From Candidatus Poribacteria bacterium (lineage in GTDB: Bacteria; Poribacteria; WGA-4E; PCPOR2b), in NCBI GenBank assembly GCA_965208675.1, contig OZ242351.1:1248001-1312000 (forward strand): a stretch of 64,000 nt of DNA, read 5' to 3'. Positions 28,449 through 39,588 of this stretch are shown here, one piece after another. The notes below the pieces were generated by a model. That model was not told the DNA's origin. It did no database searches and saw only the letters and a list, made by a program, of their open reading frames with translations. Position numbers and translations under genes: made by a program. Positions within the stretch are counted from its first letter, which is position 1. Every line of letters starts with the position of its first letter.

Positions 28449-29648
28449 ATGATGTTATCTGATGAAGTGAAGAACTTGATTCATCTCAACATCATCCCCG
28501 GTGTTGGGAGTCAATCAATTCGATGTCTGATGGCGGCGTTTGGATCCGCGGAGAGGGCTTTAACGGCAACATCGGAGGAATTGGTTCAGATAGAGGGGCT
28601 TACGCGTAATGCGCGCCAACGACTAGTCAACGGCAGGTCGCACGTCTCTTTGAATCGGGAACTTGAACTCATTCAATCCCATCAGTGTCACATCGTTACA
28701 TACGAGGATGAAGCTTATCCACCCCTTCTCAAACAGATTAGCGACCCGCCGCTGGTACTTTATGTCAAACGGCGGATGCCTCCGCAAGACGCACTGAGCA
28801 TAGCAATTGTGGGGTCGCGGAGTCCAACACATTATGGCAAAACCACCTGTCAGCAACTTAGCCGGCAGCTTGCAGCGCGGGGAGTCACCATTGTCAGCGG
28901 GTTTGCGCGAGGCATAGATACCGTTGCGCACCGCGGCGCACTAGAAGCGGGCGGCCGTACAATTGCTGTCATGGGAAATGGGTTGCATCATGTATACCCG
29001 GAGGAAAATCGGCATCTCGCTGATGAAATTCTTGAATCGGGCGGCGCACTTATTTCTGAATTCCCGATGACCGTGCCGCCAATGGGAACAAACTTCCCGC
29101 TTCGAAATCGCGTTATCAGCGGCTTGACGTCCGGAACTCTCGTTGTCGAAGCCTCTGAACGCAGCGGTTCTCTGATTACCGCCCGGCTTGCCGCCGAACA
29201 AGGGCGCGAAGTATTCGCCGTGCCAGGACAAATCTTTTCAAAACTCTCTCAAGGCACGCACAAACTTATCAATCAAGGAGCCACCCTCATACACTCCGTT
29301 GACGACCTCTTTGATGAACTGCCTCAGACCTTTACAGGATTGGCAGCCCCATCATCCGCGGCCTCTCAGCCCCATGAGCAACATCCGCTCCCCGATTCAA
29401 CAATCAGCCATTCCCGCCAATTGACGCTAGATAATTTGCCGCAGGCGGAGGACAAGCCTGCGCCGTCTGTACAACTGACACCGGATGAAGACGTAGTTCT
29501 CTCGGTGATAGATGCGTCCACCTCACACATTGATCAGATTGTCCGAACAGCACAGCTCCCCATTAACCGAGTGTCCAGTGTTCTCCTCACCCTTGAACTG
29601 AAAGGTATTGTCGAACAGTTGCCGGGCAAACATTTTGCGAAAAAATAA
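28449..29648 (+). CDS. dprA: DNA-processing protein DprA
   Basis: AIVGSR, IVSGFARGID, ISEFP, FP.RNRVISG, SGSLITA and a C-terminal winged helix. Confidence 0.95.
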   Translation: MMLSDEVKNLIHLNIIPGVGSQSIRCLMAAFGSAERALTATSEELVQIEGLTRNARQRLVNGRSHVSLNRELELIQSHQCHIVTYEDEAYPPLLKQISDPPLVLYVKRRMPPQDALSIAIVGSRSPTHYGKTTCQQLSRQLAARGVTIVSGFARGIDTVAHRGALEAGGRTIAVMGNGLHHVYPEENRHLADEILESGGALISEFPMTVPPMGTNFPLRNRVISGLTSGTLVVEASERSGSLITARLAAEQGREVFAVPGQIFSKLSQGTHKLINQGATLIHSVDDLFDELPQTFTGLAAPSSAASQPHEQHPLPDSTISHSRQLTLDNLPQAEDKPAPSVQLTPDEDVVLSVIDASTSHIDQIVRTAQLPINRVSSVLLTLELKGIVEQLPGKHFAKK

Positions 29649-29660
29649 GAGATTGACACT

Positions 29661-30632
29661 ATGCGTTCGAAAAATTTGGACTTTGAAAAACCGCTCATCG
29701 AGTTAGGTCAACACATAGAACAACTGAAATCATTCGCCGAAGAAAATCCGGAATCGAGTATTGCTGAAAACATAAAAGCGCTCGAAGCCGATGCCGATCG
29801 ATTTACCCGGCACACCTTTCAAAAGTTGACCCGGTGGGATAAGGTTTGGCTGGCGCGGCACGAAGAACGTCCGCAAACGCCAATATACATCAATGCGCTC
29901 TTCGATGATCCCATTGAACTCCACGGAGACAAGCTGTTTGACGACGATCAAGCGTTAAATGGCGGTCTGGCTTGGTTCGACGGGCGTCCAATTGTCTACC
30001 TGGCGCATCAGAAGGGAAAGAACCTGAAAGAGCGGCAAGCTGTCAATTTTGGAATGCCGCACCCGGAAGGTTATCGAAAGGCACGGCGGTTGATGAAATT
30101 TGCGGAAAAGTTCAACCGGCCGATAATCAGCTTTGTCGACACGCCCGCGGCGCATTTTGATAGAGACTCGGAAGAGCGTGGACAAGCCATGGCAATTGCC
30201 GAAAATTTGGCAGAGATGTCGCGTTTGCAGGTCCCAATGGTTGTTGTTCTGATTGGCGAAGGAGGCAGCGGCGGCGCGTTAGCCATCGCAATGGGCGATC
30301 GTGTGCTCATGATGGAATACGCCATTTATTGTGTAGCCCCTCCGGAGGCGTGTAGCAGTATCGTGTGGAAGGACGATGGCACACACGCGCCGCAAGCCGC
30401 AGAAGCGCTAAAACCCACAGCTGTGGATCTGCTCGAATTCGGAATCATTGATGGAATAATTCGCGAGCCGCTCGGCGGAGCGCATCGAGATTTTCCGCTG
30501 GCTGCCAAGCGCGTCAAATCTGCAATTCGAAAACACCTGAAAGAATTGATGCAACTCGATCGAGATGTGTTGCTTCAACAGCGAAGTGAACGCTACCGGA
30601 GAATAGGAATCTACGGTGAAGAAAATTTGTGA
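29661..30632 (+). CDS. accA: Acetyl-CoA carboxylase carboxyltransferase alpha subunit
   Basis: LDFEKP, ELHGD, NFGMPHPEGYRKA.RLM, IGEGGSGGALA and EPLGGAHR. Confidence 0.93.
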   Translation: MRSKNLDFEKPLIELGQHIEQLKSFAEENPESSIAENIKALEADADRFTRHTFQKLTRWDKVWLARHEERPQTPIYINALFDDPIELHGDKLFDDDQALNGGLAWFDGRPIVYLAHQKGKNLKERQAVNFGMPHPEGYRKARRLMKFAEKFNRPIISFVDTPAAHFDRDSEERGQAMAIAENLAEMSRLQVPMVVVLIGEGGSGGALAIAMGDRVLMMEYAIYCVAPPEACSSIVWKDDGTHAPQAAEALKPTAVDLLEFGIIDGIIREPLGGAHRDFPLAAKRVKSAIRKHLKELMQLDRDVLLQQRSERYRRIGIYGEENL

Positions 30633-30655
30633 ATGGTGAATAAGGCGGGTGTCAA

Positions 30656-32125
30656 GTGTCGCGCTTAAGGACGGCCTATCAATCGTTAATTGTCTCCCTA
30701 CTAATTCATGCGCTAATCGCCTTCGTCTTGGGGGTGTTCTTGATAACTCGGACGCGCGCGTTTCGCGATCTCATTGACGCCAGCATTCTACAACCCGCCG
30801 AACCTCCCAAGCCGATGATCCGCAAGCCGATACTTAAACCAGCGGTAAAGCCTATTGTTCCCGTTCAATCAATAATAGTTGTCGACCAAATTCAAACTAC
30901 ACCACGCGTCACAACATCGGTAAGCCATGAAAGCCACCGCGTTACCGCCGAACAAACGGTTGCATTTTCGAATCGCCGCTTAAAGCTGAATTTAACGGCA
31001 ACTCCACAAACACCAAGCGTTGTAAACTCCAATCAACCGACTTCCCATGTAATCACCCACGTGAACCTCCCCATCGCCGACTCGCAGGGTGCGTCGGCTT
31101 TTTCCCCATCTGTTTCGCCGGGAGGCGGTAGCGCAAACCGGTTTAGCCGACGCGGGATTCATTCTGCACATCACGGCATTCCAATCGGACAGAATTCTCG
31201 CCGCATGGCATCCGGTATAAAATCCATAGTCAATGCTACTGGAGCCGAACCGTCCGCACTAAATGCTTTAAACCGCGAGATTCAATTGGGAAATCAACTC
31301 ATGGTGCCACTTAAGGCGAACGAATTAGGTGCTCGAATTTACACCGACCCCCACACTGGTATGCCTACCGGCTATTTCCATATCTGCTACGTCCGTTTTC
31401 GTCAGCGTGGCATGAATGAATTTTTTGAAGTTGACCCGACCGCACTTTACTTTTTGGTGAGATGGATGACGCAAAGCACACACATCAAAGGTCGAATCGC
31501 CGGTCGAACGCTTTTTCTTGATGACCCCGGAATTCATGAATCGCCTATGCTCTATATGAATGGCACCCGTGCAGCTCGCCTACTGCCTGCGGAAAAATGG
31601 AACCTCAGACGTTATATCGTTGAGAAAGGCGGCTTCATCTTTGTTGACGACGATATGGGGCAAGGTAGCGCATCCGTACGGGCATTTGCGCGTTCATTGC
31701 GCGCCCAATTTCGAGAGATTATCCTCGGCGCTGGTGGTAGAGAACTCATGAAGATTCCAAACGATCATCCAATCTGGAATGAACCGTTTAAGCTCGGCGG
31801 GCAACCTGCAAGTCCCAATCCTTACAGCCGGCCGACCCTTCCGATGACCGCGTTTGAACTGAATGGACGCCTCTCCGTTGTCATCAGTTATGACGATTAT
31901 AACAACGGATGGGAAGCTCCCGGCAGGGGTATGGGCGGGATTGATTTTGTGCCCTCAATCTTACGCATGGGTGCAAATTTTATGTTCTATGCTGGAACAC
32001 ACGGAAAGATAAGCGATTACAAGCACTATATTCCGCCCGGTAAGTGGAAAAATGATGATGCCCTGGAAAAGGTGCCGACGCGGGCACCCCAAGCCGCTTC
32101 CATTTCATCGTTAGGTCTTCAATAG
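30656..32125 (+). CDS. Membrane-anchored protein with a C-terminal DUF4159-like domain
   Basis: N-terminal TM (SLLIH), Pro-rich linker; P.LY..G, LRRYI.EKGGFIFVDD, IP.DHPI and RMG.N...Y. Confidence 0.7.
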   Translation: MSRLRTAYQSLIVSLLIHALIAFVLGVFLITRTRAFRDLIDASILQPAEPPKPMIRKPILKPAVKPIVPVQSIIVVDQIQTTPRVTTSVSHESHRVTAEQTVAFSNRRLKLNLTATPQTPSVVNSNQPTSHVITHVNLPIADSQGASAFSPSVSPGGGSANRFSRRGIHSAHHGIPIGQNSRRMASGIKSIVNATGAEPSALNALNREIQLGNQLMVPLKANELGARIYTDPHTGMPTGYFHICYVRFRQRGMNEFFEVDPTALYFLVRWMTQSTHIKGRIAGRTLFLDDPGIHESPMLYMNGTRAARLLPAEKWNLRRYIVEKGGFIFVDDDMGQGSASVRAFARSLRAQFREIILGAGGRELMKIPNDHPIWNEPFKLGGQPASPNPYSRPTLPMTAFELNGRLSVVISYDDYNNGWEAPGRGMGGIDFVPSILRMGANFMFYAGTHGKISDYKHYIPPGKWKNDDALEKVPTRAPQAASISSLGLQ

Positions 32126-32238
32126 TAAATCCCCGAGCATTGTGCCATGAACGTATTCGCGCTCGACATCCTTGCTCGTGTAAACTTTCCACATCGTTTT
32201 CCAGATTGACTCTTTAGAACGCTAAAAGAAGGCTAAAG

Positions 32239-34017
32239 ATGCGCATTCGCACCCGACTTATCTGGAATTATATTGCCATTGTGCTGGTAATTTTGCCGGC
32301 AATATCGCTATACCTAAATCATGCGCTCAAACAGATGCTGGATAAAAGAATCACCGACGAATTGAGAGTTCAAGTAAATTTGACGCGTGAGATTCTGATT
32401 AAAACGCTACCCAGAACACTTGATTACAACACAATAGATGGGCTTCTGGATAAACTCGGTGAGGCCGCCGCCGCGCGGCTTACCTTCATCGGGATTGATG
32501 GAACTGTGTGGGGGGACACTGAACGGGATGGCATTTCTTTGCGGGAAATGGACAATCACCTAAATCGACCGGAGGTACAAGATGCCGTAAATAGTGGAAG
32601 TGGCGTTGCCGATCGACACAGCACTACTATTGAAACCTCTCTGCGTTATTATGCATTGCCGGTCTTTCGCGGAACGGAGTTAATTGGCATCTGCCGGGCG
32701 GCATTGCCTATGCGTGACGTCAATGCTGCAATTTCCCGTTTTACCCGTGTCGTGGTAATGGCATGCGGCGCCGGCTTAATTGCCGTAATTCTTTGGAGTA
32801 TCGTGTCCACAGGACGAACCGCGAAACCCATACAGGAGCTAGTTCAAACTGCGAAAGCTATTTCGAAAGGCGATGTCACTGCGCGAGTCGGAACATCAAC
32901 ATCAGGTGAGCTCGCTCAACTGTACCGCCATTTCAATCAGATGGCGCATCGCGTTGAAACGCAAATCAATGAACTCTCTCAAGAGCGGAATCGGTTCGAT
33001 GCCATTTTGTCCAATATGATTGAGGGTGTCCTGCTCATTGGACCGCGGTTTGACATCACCTACGCAAATCCGGCCGCATCAGAATTGTTGAATCTACCCG
33101 ATGATTCTGAGGGTCGTAACTTGGTTGAGGCCTTTCGCAATCCGGATCTGCAACACCTATTAGAACAGGGCAGAGACACAAAATCCCATAAGATGGCGGA
33201 GATTCGATGGATTACCGGGATTGAAGGTCGCGACGCTGAGATTACCGTAGCACCCATTACCGACCGGACAAGTACGAAACTCGGATACGTTGTTGTTCTC
33301 CACGACGTGAGCCAGATACGACGTCTTGAACGCACGAGATCGGATTTCGTCACCAATGTCTCCCACGAACTCCGCACTCCCTTGACATCCATCCAGGGTT
33401 ATGTAGAAACACTTCTCAACGGGGATATTAAGGATTCACCCACCAGCCAGCGTTTTCTAGCTAAGATTTTACACCAGTCATCGCAAGTCTCACGGTTAAT
33501 ATCCGATTTACTGGATTTATCCCGCCTCGAGTCAGGTGCGGTCCAACTCAAATTAGAACAGTGCACTCTCATAAATTTTCAATATACGCTTTTGGACATC
33601 TTTGAACCCGCGTTGGAAGAATCGAATTTAACGCTTACTTGCAACATTCCTGCGGACCTGCCAACATTACTTGTGGATAAACGACGGTTGGAACAAGTGT
33701 TAATCAACCTGATTGACAACGCCATCAAATATACACCTAAGGGCGGCTGTATCAACGTATCCGCGGAAGCAAACGCATCGGAGGTGCTGGTGCACGTGCG
33801 GGACACCGGAATTGGCATTCCATCAGATGCGCTTCCACGAATCTTTGAACGGTTTTACCGCGTCGACAAGGGTCGTTCCAGCGAGATGGAGGGAACAGGA
33901 TTGGGGCTTTCAATTTCCAAACATATTTTGTTGCAGCATCACGGTCGAATCTGGGCGGAGAGCAACCTCGGCGCAGGCACAGTGTTTCATTTCGCTTTGC
34001 CTTTGCAAAACGGCTAA
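32239..34017 (+). CDS. phoR: Phosphate regulon sensor histidine kinase
   Basis: HAMP and PAS domains, FVTNVSHELRTPLTSI.GY.ETL, RIFERFYRVDK.RS; adjacent to the pst genes. Confidence 0.9.
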   Translation: MRIRTRLIWNYIAIVLVILPAISLYLNHALKQMLDKRITDELRVQVNLTREILIKTLPRTLDYNTIDGLLDKLGEAAAARLTFIGIDGTVWGDTERDGISLREMDNHLNRPEVQDAVNSGSGVADRHSTTIETSLRYYALPVFRGTELIGICRAALPMRDVNAAISRFTRVVVMACGAGLIAVILWSIVSTGRTAKPIQELVQTAKAISKGDVTARVGTSTSGELAQLYRHFNQMAHRVETQINELSQERNRFDAILSNMIEGVLLIGPRFDITYANPAASELLNLPDDSEGRNLVEAFRNPDLQHLLEQGRDTKSHKMAEIRWITGIEGRDAEITVAPITDRTSTKLGYVVVLHDVSQIRRLERTRSDFVTNVSHELRTPLTSIQGYVETLLNGDIKDSPTSQRFLAKILHQSSQVSRLISDLLDLSRLESGAVQLKLEQCTLINFQYTLLDIFEPALEESNLTLTCNIPADLPTLLVDKRRLEQVLINLIDNAIKYTPKGGCINVSAEANASEVLVHVRDTGIGIPSDALPRIFERFYRVDKGRSSEMEGTGLGLSISKHILLQHHGRIWAESNLGAGTVFHFALPLQNG

Positions 34018-34122
34018 TTTTGCCGCAATCCGCTGCACCTGTCTGAATATCTAATTGACTTGAAGGTGCCAGCTATTGAAAACCGCTTTCTGACGCACAG
34101 GAAGAACGGAGGGATTAATGAT

Positions 34123-34809
34123 ATGGCGATGAAAATCCTAATTGTGGAAGATGACCGTAACATCTCCGAACTACTCACAAGTCATTTTGACAGGGCGGGA
34201 TTCGAAACAGAGGCGGTTTACGACGGGGAAAACGCTCTCTTGAAAGCAGGAAAAACGCAGCCGAATCTAATCATTTTGGATCTACTGCTACCGGAGGTGG
34301 ATGGGATTGAGGTCTGCCGCATGTTGAAACGCAATCCGGAGACGCAACGGATTCCGGTTGTGATGCTTACAGCCAAAGGAGAGGAGGTAGATCGGATTGT
34401 TGGGCTTGAATTGGGAGCGGACGATTACATCACCAAACCCTTCAGTCCGAGAGAACTTGTGCTGCGGGTTCAAGCCATACTTCGCCGCATTACCGGCAAT
34501 CGAAACGAATCAGCCGCCTCAAAGCTCCGGCTCAACGGATTAACAATCGATCTGGAGAAGCATCAAGCCTTCAGTCAAGAGCGGTCAATTGATTTGACAT
34601 CGACTGAATTCAAGATGCTGACGTTATTCGCCGGTTCACCGGGGCGTGTATTTACACGGAACATTCTGATTGATGTAGTTTGGGGACAGGAGTACTACGG
34701 CGTGGATCGCACGATTGACACGCATATCAGCCGCCTAAGACGCAAGCTAGGCGGATTTGGCGATTTAATCGAAACCGTGCACGGCGTGGGATATCGATTT
34801 AAAACGTAG
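34123..34809 (+). CDS. phoB: OmpR-family response regulator PhoB/PhoP
   Basis: ILIVEDD, LDL.LP, GADDYITKPFSPREL and a winged helix RTIDTHI.RLR.KL. Start ATG 34123 follows GGAGG. Confidence 0.88.
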   Translation: MAMKILIVEDDRNISELLTSHFDRAGFETEAVYDGENALLKAGKTQPNLIILDLLLPEVDGIEVCRMLKRNPETQRIPVVMLTAKGEEVDRIVGLELGADDYITKPFSPRELVLRVQAILRRITGNRNESAASKLRLNGLTIDLEKHQAFSQERSIDLTSTEFKMLTLFAGSPGRVFTRNILIDVVWGQEYYGVDRTIDTHISRLRRKLGGFGDLIETVHGVGYRFKT

Positions 34810-34821
34810 CGTCCGCGAGAG

Positions 34822-35502
34822 CTATTCCGTTTTGTCTTTAAGTTTCGACGCACGCGGATGCCGAATCACATCGCCTTCAACCAAATAGTACACCTCTTCG
34901 CCAATATTTGCCGCCAAATCGCCAATCCGCTCCATATGTCGGAAGAGCAGTAACGTGCTGATGCCAGGCCGGATGAGTTCAGGCCGCTCAATCATATAGG
35001 TCAGCAACTCGCGCAAAGTCTGGTCGTAGATGGCGTCAACCTGCTTATCTCGTTCCCGCACCTCCTGCGCTAAGACTGCGTCGCGGTTTACAAATGCGTC
35101 GAGACAGTCTTTCACCATTTCCTGGACAATTCCCGCGACGCGCGGCAAGTCTATAAACGGTTTAACCGGCGCATGTTCCATTAATTCAAGGCATCGCTGC
35201 GCGATATCGACCGCCTTGTCTGCCATCCGCTCAAGGTCGCGGTTTATCTTCATCGCCATCGTGAGAAAACGGACATCTGACGCCGCGGGCTGGTGGAGGG
35301 CAATGAGTTGAATGCAGTATTCTTCAATTTCATTCTCAAGCGCATCGGCTTCGTCATCATGGTCAATGACCTCCTGCGCAAGCTCCCCGTTGCGGTTGAG
35401 AACAGACTCGACCGCCCGGTGTAGCATATCTTCCGCAAGGCCCCCGAGCCGGAGCAGTTTCTGTTGAAGTTCTCTTAATTCGAGTTCAAAACGCCGCTGC
35501 AT
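34822..35502 (-). CDS. phoU: Phosphate signalling protein PhoU
   Basis: QPAASD.R, DLERMAD and ERIGD.A.NI.E. Confidence 0.95.
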   Translation of the reverse strand: MQRRFELELRELQQKLLRLGGLAEDMLHRAVESVLNRNGELAQEVIDHDDEADALENEIEEYCIQLIALHQPAASDVRFLTMAMKINRDLERMADKAVDIAQRCLELMEHAPVKPFIDLPRVAGIVQEMVKDCLDAFVNRDAVLAQEVRERDKQVDAIYDQTLRELLTYMIERPELIRPGISTLLLFRHMERIGDLAANIGEEVYYLVEGDVIRHPRASKLKDKTE

Positions 35503-35653
35503 CGTAACACCTCCCTTTGCCGGATGATGCTAATTCACGCAACCCTTTCATCAAAATATTTCAGGGCTTATCACGTGCCTAAGGAATCGGTAACACATTC
35601 GTGATGGACCGCCGTTCGGGCTGCTTGCTCGCCAAAAAAACATTCAACGTCCA

Positions 35654-36433
35654 TTAACCAAACTTGCCTGTGATGTAAGCCTCTGTCCTTGAGTCTCCCG
35701 GATTGGTAAATATCTTTTCTGTCGCATCAAACTCAATCATCTCGCCGAGATAGAGAAAAGCGGTAAAATCCGAGACGCGCGCCGCCTGCTGCATGTTGTG
35801 CGTGACGATTAGCACCGTATAGTTGTCTTTCAGTTCCAGTATCAACTCCTCAATTTTGCCCGTCGCAATTGGATCGAGCGCCGAACACGGTTCATCCAGC
35901 AACAACACCTCCGGCTCAATGGCAAGTGTCCTTGCAATGCAAAGCCGCTGTTGTTGTCCACCGGAAAGGGCGTACGCGTTGTCTTTGAGCTTGCTCTCAA
36001 CCTCATCCCAAAGCGCAGCCTTCTTCAGACTCTCTTCAACTATCGTATCAAGCTCAAGACGATTGCGAATCCCCGAAATTCTAGGGCCGTAAGCCACATT
36101 TTCGTAGATTGATTTTGGAAACGGGTTTTGCTTTTGAAAGACCATTCCGAGCCGCAAACGCACCTCTACCGGATCAATTGCGGGAGAGTATAAATCCTCG
36201 CCCTCCAACTGGATTTGTCCCTCGAGATTAAAAGAAGGGATGAAGTCGTTCATGCGGTTGAAACACCGGATGAGCGTACTCTTGCCGCATCCGGACGGAC
36301 CAATCAACGCGGTCACTTTGTAACGTTCAATTTCAAATGATATATCTTTCAGCGCCTGTGTGGTGCCATACCAAGCGTTGACATTCTGCACATTCAAGAT
36401 GGTATCTACTTTGTCGGGTTGCCTGTCGTTCAT
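35654..36433 (-). CDS. pstB: Phosphate ABC transporter ATPase
   Basis: [31 protein letters not shown] and YITGKFG. Confidence 0.96.
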   Translation of the reverse strand: MNDRQPDKVDTILNVQNVNAWYGTTQALKDISFEIERYKVTALIGPSGCGKSTLIRCFNRMNDFIPSFNLEGQIQLEGEDLYSPAIDPVEVRLRLGMVFQKQNPFPKSIYENVAYGPRISGIRNRLELDTIVEESLKKAALWDEVESKLKDNAYALSGGQQQRLCIARTLAIEPEVLLLDEPCSALDPIATGKIEELILELKDNYTVLIVTHNMQQAARVSDFTAFLYLGEMIEFDATEKIFTNPGDSRTEAYITGKFG

Positions 36434-36439
36434 CGTTCC

Positions 36440-37318
36440 TCACAAATACTGTTTCTGAAAACGGTTGCGCAAAAAGATAGCGAGTGCATTCAAAAGGAGC
36501 GTCGCCGCCAACAGGACCACGATTCCTGCTGCCGCATTGGTAAGAAATTCTTTCTGCGGTTTGTCAACCCAATTGAAAATCTGAATGGGCAAAACCGTAA
36601 ATCGGGAGAGTAATCCGCCGGGCGGATGCGTGACGAACGTCAGTGCCCCGATCATAATCAATGGAGCCGTCTCACCAATAGCACGGGAAATGGCAAGGAT
36701 TATGCCGGTGAGAATCCCCGGAAATGCCATGGGCAAGACATGGTGGCTTGTAGTCTGCCAACGCGAGGCGCCTAATGCGTACGCCGCTTCGCGAATCGTA
36801 GACGGTACCGACCGAATCGCCTCGCGAGCCGATATTATGATAATCGGAAGTACCAGTAACGCCAATGTTAACGCCCCCGCTAGAAGGCTCTTATCTAACC
36901 GCATTGCCCTAACAAACAGCCCCAATCCTAAAAGCCCGTAGATAATCGAAGGCACCCCTGCTAAATTTGCAACATTTACTTCAATGATGCGGCTAATCCG
37001 GCTGGATTGATTCGTATATTCTTCTAGGTAGATTGCTGCGCCCACACCTAGAGGCACCGCAATTAACGCCGTTAGGATTATTAGGTATACACTCCCGGCC
37101 AGCGCAGACAAAATCCCGGCTAGCTCGGGTTTTCGGGAAGGAAAGTTCGTCAAAAATTCCCAACTGAGTCGTGGAACTCCGTCGATTAACGCATCAAGCA
37201 GCAACGCTCCCAAGGTGATAAGCGCAATCAATACGCCAATTGCCGCAGCAAGTTGAAAAATTCGATCGTTCCACTTTTGTCGGACCAGTAACGTCTTGAG
37301 TCGCGTTTTCGATATCAT
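36440..37318 (-). CDS. pstA: Phosphate ABC transporter permease
   Basis: [22 protein letters not shown] and SRAIGETAP. Confidence 0.95.
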   Translation of the reverse strand: MISKTRLKTLLVRQKWNDRIFQLAAAIGVLIALITLGALLLDALIDGVPRLSWEFLTNFPSRKPELAGILSALAGSVYLIILTALIAVPLGVGAAIYLEEYTNQSSRISRIIEVNVANLAGVPSIIYGLLGLGLFVRAMRLDKSLLAGALTLALLVLPIIIISAREAIRSVPSTIREAAYALGASRWQTTSHHVLPMAFPGILTGIILAISRAIGETAPLIMIGALTFVTHPPGGLLSRFTVLPIQIFNWVDKPQKEFLTNAAAGIVVLLAATLLLNALAIFLRNRFQKQYL

Positions 37319-38277
37319 TCGTACCTCTCCCTGAAGCGCTGACGCATCCGGTCGCCGACGATGTTGAGTACGAACGTTGACAAAAACAACACCATACCCA
37401 CCGCAAAAATCGTGCGGTATTCGAGCGTGCCGCTCGGCGTGTCGCCAAAACTGACTTCAACAATGAAAGCGGTCATCGTCTCAATGGCAACCAGTGGATT
37501 AAACGTGAAAGTAGGTTTCTTGCCCGCGGCAATCGTGACCAACATCGTCTCACCAATAGCGCGGGAAACCGCGATAACAATTGACGCCGTGATGCCGGAG
37601 AACGCCGCTGGAACGACAACCCGCCATGCTACCTGAAGGCGCGAAGACCCTAACGCATAGGCTGCATCACGCAAACTGCGGGGCACTGCGTACATCGCAT
37701 CCTCGCTGAGCGAGGAGACTAACGGGAGTATCATAATGCCCATTACAATACCGGGCGAGAGCGCGTTAAACGGCTCAAGGGAAGGAATCAGACGCTGTAA
37801 GAGCGGCGTGACAAATAGCAGGGCAAAGTAGCCATAGACAATTGTGGGAACGCCGGCTAATATCTCCAAGATGGGTTTCAACACGCGCCGCAGTCTATCC
37901 GGGGCATATTCGCTCAAAAAAATCGCCGTCAACAGCCCCAAGGGTACCGCGGTGAGCACGGCGATTAGCGATATTAAGGCAGTTCCTGACAGAAGCGGCA
38001 GCACTCCAAAGCTTTTGTTGGCGAATGCAGGAGTCCACACTGTACCGGTTAGGAATTCAAAGACCGAAACCTCTTTAAAAAAGGTGAGTGTCTCAAACAA
38101 GAGCACGCCGATGATGCCAACGGTCGTTAGGACAGAGAGCAGGCCACACGCCAAAAGGCTAAATTCAATGATTCGCTCAATGATTCGAGTTATCTTTTTC
38201 TGCTTCTTTTTCATAGGAATCGGTAATCGAGATTCTGGCGTTCCATGAAAAACATGATAAACCCCCTCGCCGTTCAA
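37315..38277 (-). CDS. pstC: Phosphate ABC transporter permease
   Basis: [13 protein letters not shown] and SRAIGETM; true start may be the ATG at 38214. Confidence 0.95.
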   Translation of the reverse strand: MNGEGVYHVFHGTPESRLPIPMKKKQKKITRIIERIIEFSLLACGLLSVLTTVGIIGVLLFETLTFFKEVSVFEFLTGTVWTPAFANKSFGVLPLLSGTALISLIAVLTAVPLGLLTAIFLSEYAPDRLRRVLKPILEILAGVPTIVYGYFALLFVTPLLQRLIPSLEPFNALSPGIVMGIMILPLVSSLSEDAMYAVPRSLRDAAYALGSSRLQVAWRVVVPAAFSGITASIVIAVSRAIGETMLVTIAAGKKPTFTFNPLVAIETMTAFIVEVSFGDTPSGTLEYRTIFAVGMVLFLSTFVLNIVGDRMRQRFRERYE

Positions 38278-38298
38278 CCGCGGGATGCTGAGAACCCC

Positions 38299-39306
38299 TT
38301 AATTAATATCGCCACGGAGAACTTCATCAATCGAAACTCCCACTGTCGATCCTTTACCGCCAAAGACTGAACCGGTGACGCGCTTTCGAAAACGGTCCAA
38401 GGTGAGTTGGTATGTCTCGTCAGGAAGCGGAATGTAGTCAACTTCCTCCGTCAAAGTTTTCGCGTGCTTCAGGTAAAACTCAACGAATTTTTCAACTTCA
38501 GGACGATCGGCGGACTGCTTGCTGACGTAGATGAAAATTGGCCGCGAGAGCGGCTGATAGGTCGCATTTTTGACTGTCTCAAGCGATGGAGCGATAGGAC
38601 CGTCGCCGTTGTCCGTTTTCTCATCATCAATGGGAACCAGCTTCAGAATATCCCGGTTCGCTTCGTAGTAGGCGAGTCCAAAGACACCGAGCGCGTATCG
38701 ATCTCGGGCTACTGCCTGCACAAGTACATTGTCATTTTCGCTAGCGACAAAATCGCCGCGGCTCGCCCCTTCTTCACCGCAGACAGCTTTCGTAAAGTAG
38801 TCATAGGAACCAGAATCCACCCCCGGACCAGCCAGCGAGATCTTCTTGTTGGGCCATTCGGGCCGAATTTGATTCCAATGTAAAATTTCTCCCTGTGCGT
38901 CCGGCTCCCAAAGCTTTTTCAGTTCCACAACAGTCATGTCATCCACCCAACCATTTTGCGGGTTGACTGTAACCGCTAGACCGTCGAACGCCACCGGCAA
39001 CTCGATGTATTCGATGCCGTTCTTCTTGCACAATTCAACCTCCGTGGGTTTGATGGGCCGCGACGCATTGGTCACGTCTGTTTCGCCGCGCCCGAATTGC
39101 TTAAATCCGCCGCCGGTTCCGGAGATGCCAACAATTACTCTGAGTTCGCGATTTTCCTTCTGGAACTCCTCAGCCACTGCTTCAGTGATTGGATAGACGG
39201 TGCTCGATCCATCCACTTCAATCAACAAGGATTCGTCGCCGCAGCCGCTGTTTAACGCGCTCAATAGGAGCGCAAGTGGGCCGAACAAAATTAATTTTTT
39301 AAACAT
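38299..39306 (-). CDS. pstS: Phosphate-binding lipoprotein
   Basis: Lipobox [25 protein letters not shown] and YQPLSRP. Confidence 0.95.
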   Translation of the reverse strand: MFKKLILFGPLALLLSALNSGCGDESLLIEVDGSSTVYPITEAVAEEFQKENRELRVIVGISGTGGGFKQFGRGETDVTNASRPIKPTEVELCKKNGIEYIELPVAFDGLAVTVNPQNGWVDDMTVVELKKLWEPDAQGEILHWNQIRPEWPNKKISLAGPGVDSGSYDYFTKAVCGEEGASRGDFVASENDNVLVQAVARDRYALGVFGLAYYEANRDILKLVPIDDEKTDNGDGPIAPSLETVKNATYQPLSRPIFIYVSKQSADRPEVEKFVEFYLKHAKTLTEEVDYIPLPDETYQLTLDRFRKRVTGSVFGGKGSTVGVSIDEVLRGDIN

Positions 39307-39436
39307 AATGAACCACTCACCTCTCTTCCACCGGATAATTCCGCCGAATAAGTGTTTTGTTCCAAGAATAGTTAGGAGGTTCTCGTCTCCCTGAAAATCG
39401 GTTTGCGTATAACCGCCGTTTGATGAACGCTTTTTA

Positions 39437-39470
39437 AGTCTAACACTCAGATGTTACAAATATATGACAT
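39437..39470 (-). promoter_or_regulatory. Pho box and -10 element of the pstS promoter
   Basis: Minus strand ATGTCAT-ATAT-TTGTAAC (two half-sites at 11-nt period, 39453-39470), exactly 10 nt upstream of a TAGACT -10. Confidence 0.75.
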
Positions 39471-39588
39471 TTCTGCAAATCTGAAAATAAAATTAGGGCG
39501 ACTCCGTTAAAGCCGTTAATCGTACCACAAACACCACGCAACGCAAACATGAACTTACCTGCCTAAAACTCTGTAAGGGTTTCATGAA

